A DNA stretch of 64,000 nt, taken from assembly GCF_000027125.1 (NCBI RefSeq), contig NC_017626.1, one strand, 5' to 3'. A model generated the notes under the pieces. It saw nothing but the letters and a program-made list of their open reading frames with translations, had not been told where the DNA came from and did not search any database. Source of the DNA: Escherichia coli 042. GTDB taxonomy: Bacteria > Pseudomonadota > Gammaproteobacteria > Enterobacterales > Enterobacteriaceae. The translations under genes were made by a program, and so were the position numbers. This document shows positions 42,972-55,193 of the stretch, piece by piece. How positions within the stretch are numbered: position 1 is the stretch's first letter; every line of letters starts with the position of its first letter.

Positions 42972-44372
42972 TCAGGTGTGTTTAAAGCTGTTCTGCTGGG
43001 CAATACCCTGCAGTTTCGGGTGATCGCTGAGATATTTCAGGGAGGCTTTGTAGTCTTCCAGCAACAGTTCAGCAAAGTCCATTTCGAAGCCGCGACGACA
43101 CATAATGCGCATCACCACGATGTCGGTGGCTTCACCGCCGAGAGTGAAGGCCGGAACCTGCCAGCCGCGCAGACGCAGACGTTCAGAGAGGTCGTACAGG
43201 GTGTATCCCGGATCTTCACCATCTTTCAGTTTGAAGCAAACCGCCGGGATGCCTTCGTCCGGGCGACCGGTACAGATGAACTCATACGGCCCCAGTTTGG
43301 CGATTTCATCCGCCAGATAGGCAGCGACCTGGTAGGAAGCATTCTGTACTTTGGTATAGCCTTCACGACCGAGGCGCAGGAATTCATAGTACTGTGCAAT
43401 TACCTGACCCGCCGGGCGGGAGAAGTTGATGGCGAAAGTCCCAATCTGACCACCGAGATAGTCAACGTTGAACACCAGTTCCTGCGGCAGCGCTTCTTCA
43501 TCACGCCAGATAACCCAGCCGCAGCCCAGCGGAGCCAGACCGAATTTATGGCCTGAAGCACTGATCGATTTCACACGCGGCAGGCGGAAGTCCCAGACGA
43601 TATCCGGGGCGACGAACGGTGCCAGGAAGCCACCGCTGGCGGCGTCGATGTGCATGTCGATGTCGATGCCGGTGTCGGCCTGGAATTTATCCAGCGCATC
43701 GTGCAGCGGCTGCGGGAACTCATAGTTACCGGTGTAGGTCACGCCGAAAGTCGGCACCACGCCGATGGTGTTTTCGTCGCAGGCTTCAATCATGCGTTTC
43801 GGGTCCATAAACAACTGACCGGGGCGCATAGGGATCTCACGCAGCTCCACATCCCAGTAGCGGGCAAATTTATGCCAGCAGATTTGTACCGGACCGCACA
43901 CCAGGTTTGGTTTGTTGGTCGGCTTACCTGCGGCTTCCATACGCTTGCGCCAACGCCATTTCATCGCCATCCCGCCGAGCATACAGGCCTCGGAAGAACC
44001 AATGGTGTTGGTGCCAACGGCCTGACCATTTTTCGGCGCAGGCGCATGCCACAGATCGGCAACCATGTTTACGCAACGCAGGTCGATGGCTGCAGATTGC
44101 GGATATTCTTCTTTGTCGATCCAGTTTTTATTGATCGACAAATCCATCAATTTATGGACGTTTTCGTCGTCCCAGGTCTGGCAGAAAGTGGCCAGGTTCT
44201 GACGAGCGTTGCCATCAAGATATAATTCATCATTGATAATCTGGAATGCGACATCATCGCGCATTTCGTGCAGCGGAAATCGTTTTGACTCCGCGATAGT
44301 AGAAATGGCCTTTGCGCCAAAACGTGAATCGAGTAGTTCTGAGCGGAAATCCGTTAACAGCTTCTGGTCCAT
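42972..44372 (-). CDS. gadA: Glutamate decarboxylase alpha (PLP-dependent). The start is taken at [19 protein letters not shown], giving 466 aa.
   Basis: The sequence matches GadA/GadB, with the PLP-lysine region (SISASGHKF). The copy linked to gadX is gadA. Confidence 0.9.
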   Translation of the reverse strand: MDQKLLTDFRSELLDSRFGAKAISTIAESKRFPLHEMRDDVAFQIINDELYLDGNARQNLATFCQTWDDENVHKLMDLSINKNWIDKEEYPQSAAIDLRCVNMVADLWHAPAPKNGQAVGTNTIGSSEACMLGGMAMKWRWRKRMEAAGKPTNKPNLVCGPVQICWHKFARYWDVELREIPMRPGQLFMDPKRMIEACDENTIGVVPTFGVTYTGNYEFPQPLHDALDKFQADTGIDIDMHIDAASGGFLAPFVAPDIVWDFRLPRVKSISASGHKFGLAPLGCGWVIWRDEEALPQELVFNVDYLGGQIGTFAINFSRPAGQVIAQYYEFLRLGREGYTKVQNASYQVAAYLADEIAKLGPYEFICTGRPDEGIPAVCFKLKDGEDPGYTLYDLSERLRLRGWQVPAFTLGGEATDIVVMRIMCRRGFEMDFAELLLEDYKASLKYLSDHPKLQGIAQQNSFKHT

Positions 44373-44451
44373 TTCGAACTCCTTAAATTTATTTGAAGGC
44401 AATAAAAAAGTAGGATTTATCCGCAATGGAAGCAAGGCATTACAGGCTTAA

Positions 44452-44471
44452 TTTAAATAACAAAATCCTAA
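44452..44471 (-). promoter_or_regulatory. GAD box (GadE/RcsB site) upstream of gadA
   Basis: tttaaataacaaaatcctaa is the exact reverse complement of the 20-bp GAD box TTAGGATTTTGTTATTTAAA. It lies about 80 to 100 nt upstream of the gadA start. Confidence 0.55.
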
Positions 44472-44582
44472 GCAGAAAAACGACTTTTTATAATATAAAC
44501 ATTTAACATGATAATATTAAAAACAGACTTTATTATCGTAATGAAAATCGCCCAAACATTCCTGTTCGGGCGATTAAATTAA

Positions 44583-45980
44583 TTATTGTTTATCCTGCAT
44601 ATACGGCGTGTAAACCCCGTTCAGACTGTGCAGGAAAGCTACGATATCATCCACATCCTCCTGCGGCAGCTCTTTGCCTACCTGATAGCGCAACATCAGT
44701 TTCACCGCCCCGTCCAGCGTCGGCACATCACCGCGATGGAAGTACGGTGCCGTTAGTGCAACGTTACGTAAACCGGGTACTTTCTGACGCAATTTATCGC
44801 GCTCTTCTTTAGTAACATTCATACGACCAATATCCGCCGCCGTAATTTCACCAAAGTTAAAGTCTTTTTTCAGCCCCAACGGTTCGAAGGAACGTCCGCC
44901 GAGAATAATACCACCATGACAAGTTGCACATTTATTATCTTTAAATAATTGATAGCCTTTTTTCTGTTGTGCCGTCAGCGCATTCTCATCTCCACGCAAC
45001 CATTTATCAAATGGGGAATCCGGCGTAATTAATGTTTTCTCAAATTCAGCAATGGCATCAGTAATATTTTCGCCACTGAAACCTTGCGGATAGACTTCGA
45101 GGAACTGCGCTTTAAGCTGCGGATCTTTTTCCAGCTTAGCAATAATTTCGTCCCAGGATTTCGACGCCATTTCAATCGGATTCAACGGCGGTCCACCAGC
45201 CTGATCCTGCAATGTTGCCGCACGACCATCCCAGAACTGCTCAACGTTAAATACTGAGTTAAATACCGTCGGCGCGTTAATCGGGCCCACTGCGCCACCA
45301 ACACCAATCGATGTTTTTCTGCCATCGACGCCCCCCGCATTCAACGCATGGCAATGAGCGCATGAAATGGTGCTATCAGCCGATAAACGGGGATCGTGAT
45401 ACAGCGCAAAACCCAACTCCACTTTTTGCGCATCGGTAGGCAGTTTTTGCGGGATGGGCTGCACCGGTTCATTGCGATGCTCCGGAGCAGTATCATTGCT
45501 GGCGTAATATTCCGCGCGCTGTTTTGCAATCCAGGCCAGTATTTCCGCCCGCTCTTCATCACTCACCTTACCCGCCCAGTGTAGCGCGGTATAACGCGTT
45601 GGCGGCATAGTTTCATACTGCATCACCCATTCAATCTTATTCAGATCGCTTTGCGAAACGGGTTTATCAGCCAACAGAGCCGCACGCACGGCCTCGAGGT
45701 TAAAAGATTTATATCCAAGCTTTATGTCGTAATCCATCAACTGTTTCGCGCCGGGAATATAATAATAGGCAGGTAATTCTGCCGAAGGCGTATGGCAATA
45801 ATCGCATCCTTTTTCGCGGAGAAAGCCTAAAACCTGATTATTTTCACTGACAGCAGATGCCTGAACATCGGCCTGTTTACTGCGTTTATTATCGTGGTAC
45901 CACACATAACCAGATAACCCTAAATAGCAAATCGCGACGCCAGCCAGGCCGATCGCGGTAATACGTGAGACCATTTTCAT
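44583..45980 (-). CDS. yhjA: Di-haem cytochrome c peroxidase YhjA (Ccp)
   Basis: 465 aa with three CxxCH haem-binding motifs (CDYCH, CAHCH, CATCH) and an N-terminal membrane anchor. Confidence 0.85.
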   Translation of the reverse strand: MKMVSRITAIGLAGVAICYLGLSGYVWYHDNKRSKQADVQASAVSENNQVLGFLREKGCDYCHTPSAELPAYYYIPGAKQLMDYDIKLGYKSFNLEAVRAALLADKPVSQSDLNKIEWVMQYETMPPTRYTALHWAGKVSDEERAEILAWIAKQRAEYYASNDTAPEHRNEPVQPIPQKLPTDAQKVELGFALYHDPRLSADSTISCAHCHALNAGGVDGRKTSIGVGGAVGPINAPTVFNSVFNVEQFWDGRAATLQDQAGGPPLNPIEMASKSWDEIIAKLEKDPQLKAQFLEVYPQGFSGENITDAIAEFEKTLITPDSPFDKWLRGDENALTAQQKKGYQLFKDNKCATCHGGIILGGRSFEPLGLKKDFNFGEITAADIGRMNVTKEERDKLRQKVPGLRNVALTAPYFHRGDVPTLDGAVKLMLRYQVGKELPQEDVDDIVAFLHSLNGVYTPYMQDKQ

Positions 45981-46087
45981 TATTCTTCCCTCACGGTGGT
46001 GAGTTATTGTGACCCAGAAAATTTTCCAGAATGCTGCAAACGTCTCTGCGAGACAAAGCCATCATAAAAAACAGGGAGATACGCTTT

Positions 46088-46101
46088 TTGATAGGAATCA
46101 A
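46088..46101. promoter_or_regulatory. FNR binding site upstream of yhjA
   Basis: TTGATaggaATCAA is a perfect match to the FNR consensus TTGAT-N4-ATCAA, about 110 nt upstream of the yhjA start. yhjA is a known FNR/OxyR-dependent gene. Confidence 0.55.
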
Positions 46102-46354
46102 TCAATTACATGAATATAAACTATCAATAAGATAGCCTGTGCCTATTACCCAGATCAGAAATGGCATATCATGATTGCGGCGAGAGCAGGATTGAATGTT
46201 CTGAAAATGAAAAACAAAACCAAATCCGTATTTTTATAAATTCCATTGATATTAGTGCGTTATATTTTTTGACAAGTTAATAAACGTGATCTACCGCACG
46301 CTTTGTCGCCCACCAGGCGGAGCGAATGACTACCCTTAAAGAAAAGCCCGATAA

Positions 46355-48034
<1,680 letters not shown>

Positions 48035-48041
48035 TATTTTT

Positions 48042-48070
48042 ACAGCCAGCCGCTAACTTCCTGCTGGCTG
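48042..48070. terminator. Bidirectional terminator between treF and yhjB
   Basis: acagccagc cgctaacttcct gctggctgt hairpin flanked by ttttt on the 5' side and aaaatt on the 3' side. Confidence 0.5.
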
Positions 48071-48084
48071 TAAAATTATCCTCT

Positions 48085-48687
48085 TCAGGAGGAGATATTT
48101 AACATCATTGCCGCCTGGGTGCGATTTTTCACTTCCAGACGGCGATACAGGGATTCCAGATGCGCTTTTACCGTTCCGGTACTGATATTCAGCGCCCTGC
48201 CGATCTCTTTATTTGATTCGCCCGCCGCTAACATGGTTAAAATCTCCCGCTGGCGGGCGCTTAACGATTTGAGATCTTTAATGTCCTTTTCCGGCGTCGT
48301 CCGCCAGTCTCCAGGCAGAAACATCATCCCCATCGCCGCACTATTTACCGCCAACGCAAATGTCTCGACGGTTGAATCACGAGGCACAATGGCCAGCACA
48401 TTAAAATGGATAACTTCCTGTAACCACCGTTTATTACAATCCGTCGCCGTAATTAACACCTTAACCTCAGGAAATTGCACCACGGTTTTTTGCAGCAACC
48501 AGTAGCAAAACTCACCATCCTGATCGCCATCGAGCATCACTAAGGCTTCAGGGTAACTTTCCAGCTTTTGCCATAACTCGTCTGCCTGACCGGCCCCCTG
48601 AATACTCACTCCTGGAATACGCTGCTGTAAACTGATTTTCATTCCATGAATAAATATTGACTGCCTGTCAAACATGACTATTTGCAT
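48085..48687 (-). CDS. yhjB: LuxR-family response-regulator-like protein YhjB
   Basis: 200 aa with C-terminal LuxR HTH (LSARQREILTMLAAGESNKEIG). Confidence 0.8.
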   Translation of the reverse strand: MQIVMFDRQSIFIHGMKISLQQRIPGVSIQGAGQADELWQKLESYPEALVMLDGDQDGEFCYWLLQKTVVQFPEVKVLITATDCNKRWLQEVIHFNVLAIVPRDSTVETFALAVNSAAMGMMFLPGDWRTTPEKDIKDLKSLSARQREILTMLAAGESNKEIGRALNISTGTVKAHLESLYRRLEVKNRTQAAMMLNISS

Positions 48688-49206
48688 AACTGAATCTCCA
48701 CCTGAATACGTTAAAAAGACTTAAGTAGTGGAAGGGTATTACCCGCGAGAAAAAATAAGAATTCGCCATTTGGCGGTGGCCATTCTACAGAGATGACGCG
48801 TAGAAAATAGTTACCGATATAAATAGTTACAGCTAAACGCCTGAAATTACATGTCGAGGGCACTATTTAAAACAATTTTGAGGATTTCCTTATATTGATG
48901 GTTAGTACGCATGCAATTAAAAATGAAACTCCGCGACCACAAGCAAAAATAACAAACGGCAATGAGACAAAAATAAGCACAAATAGCCAACACGTCCTCT
49001 GTTCACTTTAAAGGGAATCGCTGAAAAAAACGCTCTGTTTAGGGAAATTCACCTTTCTCATAAAGCTATTCCGCCCTTTTCCTGCTGAGAAATCGCCACA
49101 TTCGTCATGACAACATTGTGAAACCCGGCATAAGATGTTAGAAAAAACAATAAACAATGCGATATGCGCGCTACTGTTTCGCTGTGAACAACAATCGGTC
49201 AAAGAA

Positions 49207-50106
49207 ATGGATAAAATTCACGCAATGCAGTTGTTCATCAAAGTCGCTGAGCTGGAAAGTTTTTCCCGCGCAGCGGATTTCTTTGCTTTGCCAAAGGGAA
49301 GTGTTTCGCGCCAGATACAGGCACTGGAACATCAACTTGGCACCCAGCTTCTCCAGCGCACCACGCGGCGGGTCAAACTCACGCCAGAAGGCATGACCTA
49401 TTATCAACGGGCAAAAGATGTGTTGAGTAATCTCAACGAACTGGACGGTCTGTTTCAACAGGATGCCACCAGTATCAGCGGTAAATTACGCATCGACATC
49501 CCGCCAGGAATCGCGAAAAGCCTGTTACTGCCGCGTCTGTCGGAATTTCTCTATCTGCATCCGGGAATTGAGCTGGAGCTGAGTAGCCATGACCGTCCGG
49601 TAGATATTCTTCACGATGGTTTTGATTGCGTGATACGCACTGGCGCGTCACCGGAAGATGGCGTTATCGCCCGTCCCCTCGGCAAACTGACCGTGGTCAA
49701 TTGTGCCAGTCCACACTATCTGACGCGCTTTGGTTATCCTCAAAGCCCCGACGATCTGACTTCGCACGCAATAGTGCGTTACACACCGCACCTGGGTGTA
49801 CATCCGTTAGGTTTTGAGGTTGCCAGCGTTAATGGCGTCCAGTGGTTTAAGTCTGGCGGCATGTTGACGGTAAACAGTCGCGAAAACTATCTCGCCGCCG
49901 GTCTTGCCGGTCTGGGGATTATTCAGATCCCGCGCATTGCCGTGCGCGAAGCCCTGCGTGCCGGGCGGCTTATTGAAGTGTTGCCTGGCTACCGTGCCGA
50001 GCCGCTCTCCCTTTCGCTGATTTATCCGCAGCGTCGGGAGCTTTCCCGGCGTGTAAACCTGTTTATGCAGTGGCTGGCTGGCGTAATGAAAGAGTACCTG
50101 GACTGA
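49207..50106 (+). CDS. yhjC: LysR-family transcriptional regulator YhjC. The start is taken at MDKIHAMQLFIKVAELESFSRAA.
   Basis: N-terminal LysR HTH. The ORF track start at 49135 probably overextends. Confidence 0.75.
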   Translation: MDKIHAMQLFIKVAELESFSRAADFFALPKGSVSRQIQALEHQLGTQLLQRTTRRVKLTPEGMTYYQRAKDVLSNLNELDGLFQQDATSISGKLRIDIPPGIAKSLLLPRLSEFLYLHPGIELELSSHDRPVDILHDGFDCVIRTGASPEDGVIARPLGKLTVVNCASPHYLTRFGYPQSPDDLTSHAIVRYTPHLGVHPLGFEVASVNGVQWFKSGGMLTVNSRENYLAAGLAGLGIIQIPRIAVREALRAGRLIEVLPGYRAEPLSLSLIYPQRRELSRRVNLFMQWLAGVMKEYLD

Positions 50107-50154
50107 CCGACTATACTTTTTAAGAATGACCACGACAGAAGGACAAAAGAGCGG

Positions 50155-51168
50155 ATGACGCAGGAAAACGAGATCAAACGTCCCACCCAGGATCTGGAGC
50201 ACGAGCCGATTAAGCAGTTGGATAATAGCGAGAAAGGCGGCAAAGTTAGCCAGGCGCTGGAAACCGTCACCACCACTGCCGAAAAAGTCCAACGCCAACC
50301 GGTTATTGCGCACCTGATTCGCGCAACAGAACGCTTTAACGATCGGCTGGGTAACCAGTTTGGTGCGGCTATCACCTATTTCTCATTTTTATCGATGATC
50401 CCGATTTTGATGGTGTCGTTTGCCGCAGGGGGCTTTGTGCTGGCCTCCCATCCGATGTTGCTACAGGATATCTTCGACAAAATTCTGCAAAACATCAGCG
50501 ATCCGACGCTAGCCGCCACGTTGAAAAACACCATCAACACCGCCGTTCAGCAGCGTACTACCGTAGGGCTTGTCGGCCTGGCGGTGGCGCTTTATTCCGG
50601 CATCAACTGGATGGGTAACCTGCGTGAAGCGATTCGCGCCCAGTCGCGCGATGTCTGGGAACGCTCGCCGCAAGATCAGGAGAAGTTCTGGGTAAAATAT
50701 CTGCGTGATTTTATTTCGCTGATTGGTTTGTTGATTGCACTGATTGTGACGCTTTCGATCACCTCGGTTGCCGGTTCGGCGCAGCAAATGATTATTAGCG
50801 CCCTGCACCTGAACAGCATTGAGTGGCTGAAACCGACGTGGCGGTTGATTGGCCTGGCGATTTCCATCTTCGCCAACTATCTGCTTTTCTTCTGGATCTT
50901 CTGGCGCTTGCCGCGCCACCGTCCGCGCAAAAAAGCCCTGATTCGCGGAACATTTCTGGCTGCGATTGGTTTTGAAGTGATTAAAATCGTGATGACCTAC
51001 ACCCTGCCATCGCTGATGAAATCCCCCTCTGGCGCAGCATTTGGTTCCGTGCTGGGACTGATGGCGTTTTTCTACTTCTTCGCCCGTTTGACGCTGTTTT
51101 GCGCGGCGTGGATTGCCACCGCCGAATATAAAGATGACCCGCGAATGCCGGGGAAAACGCAGCGGTAA
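50155..51168 (+). CDS. yhjD: Inner membrane protein YhjD (YihY/virulence factor BrkB family)
   Basis: The 337 aa polytopic protein matches YhjD in sequence and synteny. Confidence 0.8.
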   Translation: MTQENEIKRPTQDLEHEPIKQLDNSEKGGKVSQALETVTTTAEKVQRQPVIAHLIRATERFNDRLGNQFGAAITYFSFLSMIPILMVSFAAGGFVLASHPMLLQDIFDKILQNISDPTLAATLKNTINTAVQQRTTVGLVGLAVALYSGINWMGNLREAIRAQSRDVWERSPQDQEKFWVKYLRDFISLIGLLIALIVTLSITSVAGSAQQMIISALHLNSIEWLKPTWRLIGLAISIFANYLLFFWIFWRLPRHRPRKKALIRGTFLAAIGFEVIKIVMTYTLPSLMKSPSGAAFGSVLGLMAFFYFFARLTLFCAAWIATAEYKDDPRMPGKTQR

Positions 51169-51559
51169 TTCAATGGTTTATAATGCCTGATAAACGCACG
51201 GTCGATCCCCTCGCCCCTTCGGGGAGAGGATTAGGGTGAGGGGGTACAAGCCAGCCAGAGACCAGGCAATGACATGCACATAACCACCTGAAACTACATT
51301 TCTTCAGGAGCAAACAATTTCATACCAACTCATAACCCCAGCATATAAATCCAGTTGGTAACTTTTATTTAACCTGAAACCAGTTTTATCCACTATTTAT
51401 AAAATTATGTGAAGCATTTCATAGAAGAAAAATCACTGGCCTAAACATTATCCCCTTTTTGCCTGGTTTTTGACCATTTCCGCGATTTGTTACACATTGA
51501 AATATCACTTTTGCTGTGCGTAATATGGCTATTCGTTAGCCAAAAAATAAGAAAAGATT

Positions 51560-52882
51560 ATGCAAGCAACAGCCACAACACTCGACCACGAGCAAGAATA
51601 CACGCCGATCAACTCGCGTAATAAAGTCCTTGTCGCCTCTCTCATTGGCACGGCCATTGAGTTTTTCGACTTTTACATTTACGCCACTGCGGCCGTTATT
51701 GTGTTTCCGCATATCTTCTTCCCGCAGGGCGATCCTACGGCAGCAACGCTCCAGTCGCTCGCCACCTTCGCCATCGCCTTCGTCGCGCGCCCCATTGGCT
51801 CTGCCGTTTTTGGTCATTTTGGCGATCGCGTTGGGCGTAAAGCGACGCTGGTCGCCTCGTTGCTAACGATGGGGATTTCGACCGTGGTGATTGGTCTGCT
51901 GCCGGGCTATGCCACGATTGGTATTTTCGCCCCGCTGCTGCTGGCGCTGGCTCGATTTGGTCAGGGTCTGGGCTTAGGCGGTGAATGGGGCGGCGCGGCG
52001 CTGCTGGCGACTGAAAACGCCCCACCGCGCAAACGTGCACTGTATGGCTCCTTCCCGCAGCTGGGCGCACCGATTGGCTTCTTCTTTGCCAACGGCACTT
52101 TCTTGCTGCTTTCCTGGCTACTGACCGACGAGCAGTTTATGAGCTGGGGCTGGCGTGTGCCATTTATCTTCTCAGCGGTGCTGGTCATTATCGGCCTGTA
52201 TGTTCGCGTGTCGCTGCATGAGTCGCCGGTGTTTGAGAAAGTCGCTAAAGCGAAAAAGCAGGTGAAGATCCCGCTGGGTACGCTGCTGACCAAACACGTA
52301 CGCGTCACGGTGCTCGGTACCTTCATCATGCTGGCAACCTATACGCTGTTTTACATCATGACGGTCTACTCTATGACCTTTAGTACCGCCGCCGCGCCAG
52401 TTGGGCTTGGCCTGCCGCGTAACGAAGTGTTGTGGATGCTGATGATGGCAGTTATTGGTTTTGGCGTGATGGTGCCAGTCGCCGGATTACTGGCTGATGC
52501 CTTTGGTCGCCGTAAAAGCATGGTAATCATCACCACGCTGATCATCCTGTTCGCGCTGTTCGCCTTTAACCCGCTGCTCGGTTCTGGCAACCCGATTCTG
52601 GTTTTTGCCTTCCTGCTGCTGGGGTTAAGTCTGATGGGACTGACCTTCGGGCCGATGGGCGCGCTGTTACCAGAGCTGTTCCCGACAGAAGTGCGTTACA
52701 CCGGAGCATCGTTCTCTTACAACGTAGCGTCGATTCTCGGGGCTTCCGTTGCGCCGTATATCGCAGCCTGGTTGCAGACTAACTACGGGTTAGGTGCGGT
52801 GGGGTTATATCTGGCGGCGATGGCTGGCTTGACCTTAATCGCCCTACTGCTGACCCATGAGACGCGACATCAATCGTTGTAA
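51560..52882 (+). CDS. yhjE: MFS metabolite:H+ symporter YhjE
   Basis: 440 aa MFS protein with GxxGDRxGRK motif (GHFGDRVGRK). Confidence 0.85.
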   Translation: MQATATTLDHEQEYTPINSRNKVLVASLIGTAIEFFDFYIYATAAVIVFPHIFFPQGDPTAATLQSLATFAIAFVARPIGSAVFGHFGDRVGRKATLVASLLTMGISTVVIGLLPGYATIGIFAPLLLALARFGQGLGLGGEWGGAALLATENAPPRKRALYGSFPQLGAPIGFFFANGTFLLLSWLLTDEQFMSWGWRVPFIFSAVLVIIGLYVRVSLHESPVFEKVAKAKKQVKIPLGTLLTKHVRVTVLGTFIMLATYTLFYIMTVYSMTFSTAAAPVGLGLPRNEVLWMLMMAVIGFGVMVPVAGLLADAFGRRKSMVIITTLIILFALFAFNPLLGSGNPILVFAFLLLGLSLMGLTFGPMGALLPELFPTEVRYTGASFSYNVASILGASVAPYIAAWLQTNYGLGAVGLYLAAMAGLTLIALLLTHETRHQSL

Positions 52883-52889
52883 TAAGAGT

Positions 52890-53060
52890 GAAAAGCCTGA
52901 TGCGCTACGCTTATCAGGCCTGAATTTCCATACAATATATTGAATTCGCAAAGATTTGTAGGACGGATAAGGCGTTCACGCCGCATCCGGCATGAACAAA
53001 GCACACTTTGCCAACACTCTAAATCTGTTTAATTGCCGGATGTCAGACATCCGGCAATTA
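52890..53060. repeat. BIME/REP cluster (three palindromic units) between yhjE and yhjG
   Basis: The units are gcctgatgcgctacgcttatcaggcc, ttgtaggacggataaggcgttcacgccgcatccggcatg and gccggatgtcagacatccggc. Confidence 0.55.
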
Positions 53061-53063
53061 TCA

Positions 53064-55124
53064 TCACTTCTTCATCTGCGACAATATCGTCCGACACTGA
53101 TTAGCCTCCCCTTCGGAAGGTGAGATCAGCGCCAGTAACGCCGCCGCTGGCGTAACCAGCGTTGCCAGTGCCGCCGCAACGGCTCCGCGAGCAATCAACG
53201 GCCCGGCTTTCACCCCAGCCTGCGGATTTTTAAACGTCCCACGCACATACAGCGGCGAACGCAGTGTGATAATCCGAATTCCTTTACTCTCCGGATCAAT
53301 AGTCAAATCCAGCTGTTCCGAAGCAAAACTTGCCGTGCCGGTAATGTTAATCAACGCGTTCTCAGTATCGAAAGCAAAAATCTGCGGACGCGCCACGCCG
53401 TTGGCAATATCCAGATTCGCCGCCGCACAGTTCACCCGCACCTCATCGTCACCAAATATCGCACCGACAATGTAGTTACCGACATTCAGCCCGACAATCT
53501 CCATCAGGTTGCGGCTCACCAGCCCGTCATTCATCAGCAGTTTCAGGTTGCCGTTACTGTTGCCTAAAAGCGCCGCCACCGAGTTACCGCTACCGCGTAG
53601 TTCCGCGTCACCGTTCATTTCCCCCAGCGTCTTCTGCATCAGTTCTACATCGGGCATCAGTTCTTTCAGTTTCAGCCGACGAGCCTGAATATCCGCCCGC
53701 CCCTGCATCGGTTTTTTATCGCCCTCCAGATGAATATTCGCCGCAATGCTGCCGCCCGCCATGCCAAATTTCAGCGGTTGCAGGCGCAGGTCAGCATTTT
53801 TGAGGATGATATGAGTAGAAAGATCGCTAATCGGCAGGCTACTGCCATGCTCAATGCGCCGCCCTTTGAAGCGAACATCGGCATCCATAACGTCCCATTT
53901 ATCGGTTTCGAAGCGGTCATAAGGCAGCACTTTGCCCGCAGGCTGAATGCTTTTTTCACCCTTCTTCTGTTCAGACCGTTTCGACTTTTCAGCTCCTTTC
54001 CCGGAATCAACGCCAATCAACGGTCCCAGGTCCACCAGCCGCAATTGCCGCGACTCGACATCACCTTCTAGTTTTGGTCGTGGCTTGCCGGTGGTGTAGA
54101 CCAGAGAACCGTGGATATCGCTATCGCCAATGCGCCCATTAAAACCGCGATAATCAAAGACCGACGATTTTTCAGTGTCGATTTTCGCTACCAGCCGACC
54201 ATCCGTTTCAAACGGCGGGGTATCGGGCAGCAGAACGCCCGTCAGTTCATAGAGATCACCCAGCGAATCGCCAGAAAATTTAAGCCGTAAATCGACACCA
54301 CCCATCTTCATTGGGTCATTCACAACGCCATCAAAAGCAACACGGGTGTTACCAGAGCGGAAATCAGCCTGTACCGGAAACGGCGTCCCTTCGCCACGCA
54401 GCGCCAGCATACCGCCAATTTTCCCCTTACCCGCGAGCGGCTCTCCGTTATAACGTCCCTGCGCCTTCAGGCCAAAAACGTAATCGCCCACCTTTTCTTT
54501 ATCCGCTTTACCTTTCGATCCAGTAACTTCGCTGAACGGCAGCGGCTTGCCTAACGGATCGACAAAAATTTCCAGATCCGCTTTGCTTACTTTGTCATCA
54601 ATGGCGATCCGCCCTTGATCGAACAGAATATTATCCAGCCGAAACGACCATGCCGACGGCTTTGCATTCGTGTCTTTGTTGTCATCGTTGGCGAGATTAA
54701 AGGTCCAGTTATTGTTCTTTTCAGAGAGGCGAATCAGGCGTGCGTCGGGCTTTTCCAGTTTGATCCACGGTAGCCAGACCGTTTTGGTCAGCAGCGCCAA
54801 CGGTGCCAGCGTTGCCTCTACGCGTGGCAAATGCACCATCGTGACTTCGGGAATATCCGGTGGATTGCCAAGAATGATGTCTTCCGCGTGTACATGGGGC
54901 CACGGCACCCAGCTGCGCCAGCCAGTTTCTTGTTTTTGTCGCTCCCACTCCACGCCCAGATCGCCACGGATAGCGAACGGACGATTCAGTTCAGTAGAGA
55001 CTTTCTGGTTGATGGTCGGTTTAAGGCGATTCCAGTCAAAAGTTGCAATCAAAATGATCGCCACGACAATCAACAACAAGAAAGCCCCTGAAATCGCAGC
55101 GGTTATTTTGCCTGCCTTGCTCAT
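53064..55124 (-). CDS. yhjG: AsmA-family protein YhjG
   Basis: About 686 aa with an N-terminal membrane anchor (MSKAGKITAAISGAFLLLIVVAIILI) and a long periplasmic AsmA-like region. Confidence 0.8.
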   Translation of the reverse strand: MSKAGKITAAISGAFLLLIVVAIILIATFDWNRLKPTINQKVSTELNRPFAIRGDLGVEWERQKQETGWRSWVPWPHVHAEDIILGNPPDIPEVTMVHLPRVEATLAPLALLTKTVWLPWIKLEKPDARLIRLSEKNNNWTFNLANDDNKDTNAKPSAWSFRLDNILFDQGRIAIDDKVSKADLEIFVDPLGKPLPFSEVTGSKGKADKEKVGDYVFGLKAQGRYNGEPLAGKGKIGGMLALRGEGTPFPVQADFRSGNTRVAFDGVVNDPMKMGGVDLRLKFSGDSLGDLYELTGVLLPDTPPFETDGRLVAKIDTEKSSVFDYRGFNGRIGDSDIHGSLVYTTGKPRPKLEGDVESRQLRLVDLGPLIGVDSGKGAEKSKRSEQKKGEKSIQPAGKVLPYDRFETDKWDVMDADVRFKGRRIEHGSSLPISDLSTHIILKNADLRLQPLKFGMAGGSIAANIHLEGDKKPMQGRADIQARRLKLKELMPDVELMQKTLGEMNGDAELRGSGNSVAALLGNSNGNLKLLMNDGLVSRNLMEIVGLNVGNYIVGAIFGDDEVRVNCAAANLDIANGVARPQIFAFDTENALINITGTASFASEQLDLTIDPESKGIRIITLRSPLYVRGTFKNPQAGVKAGPLIARGAVAAALATLVTPAAALLALISPSEGEANQCRTILSQMKK

Positions 55125-55193
55125 CGTTCGCTTCCTCATATTCTTCCTGTGCCAGTCCTAAAGATAGTCCAGCCAGGCGGAAAATGAGGCAGC

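Noticed and set aside
43650-44225. 191-aa plus-strand ORF
   Set aside because: It is antisense inside gadA.
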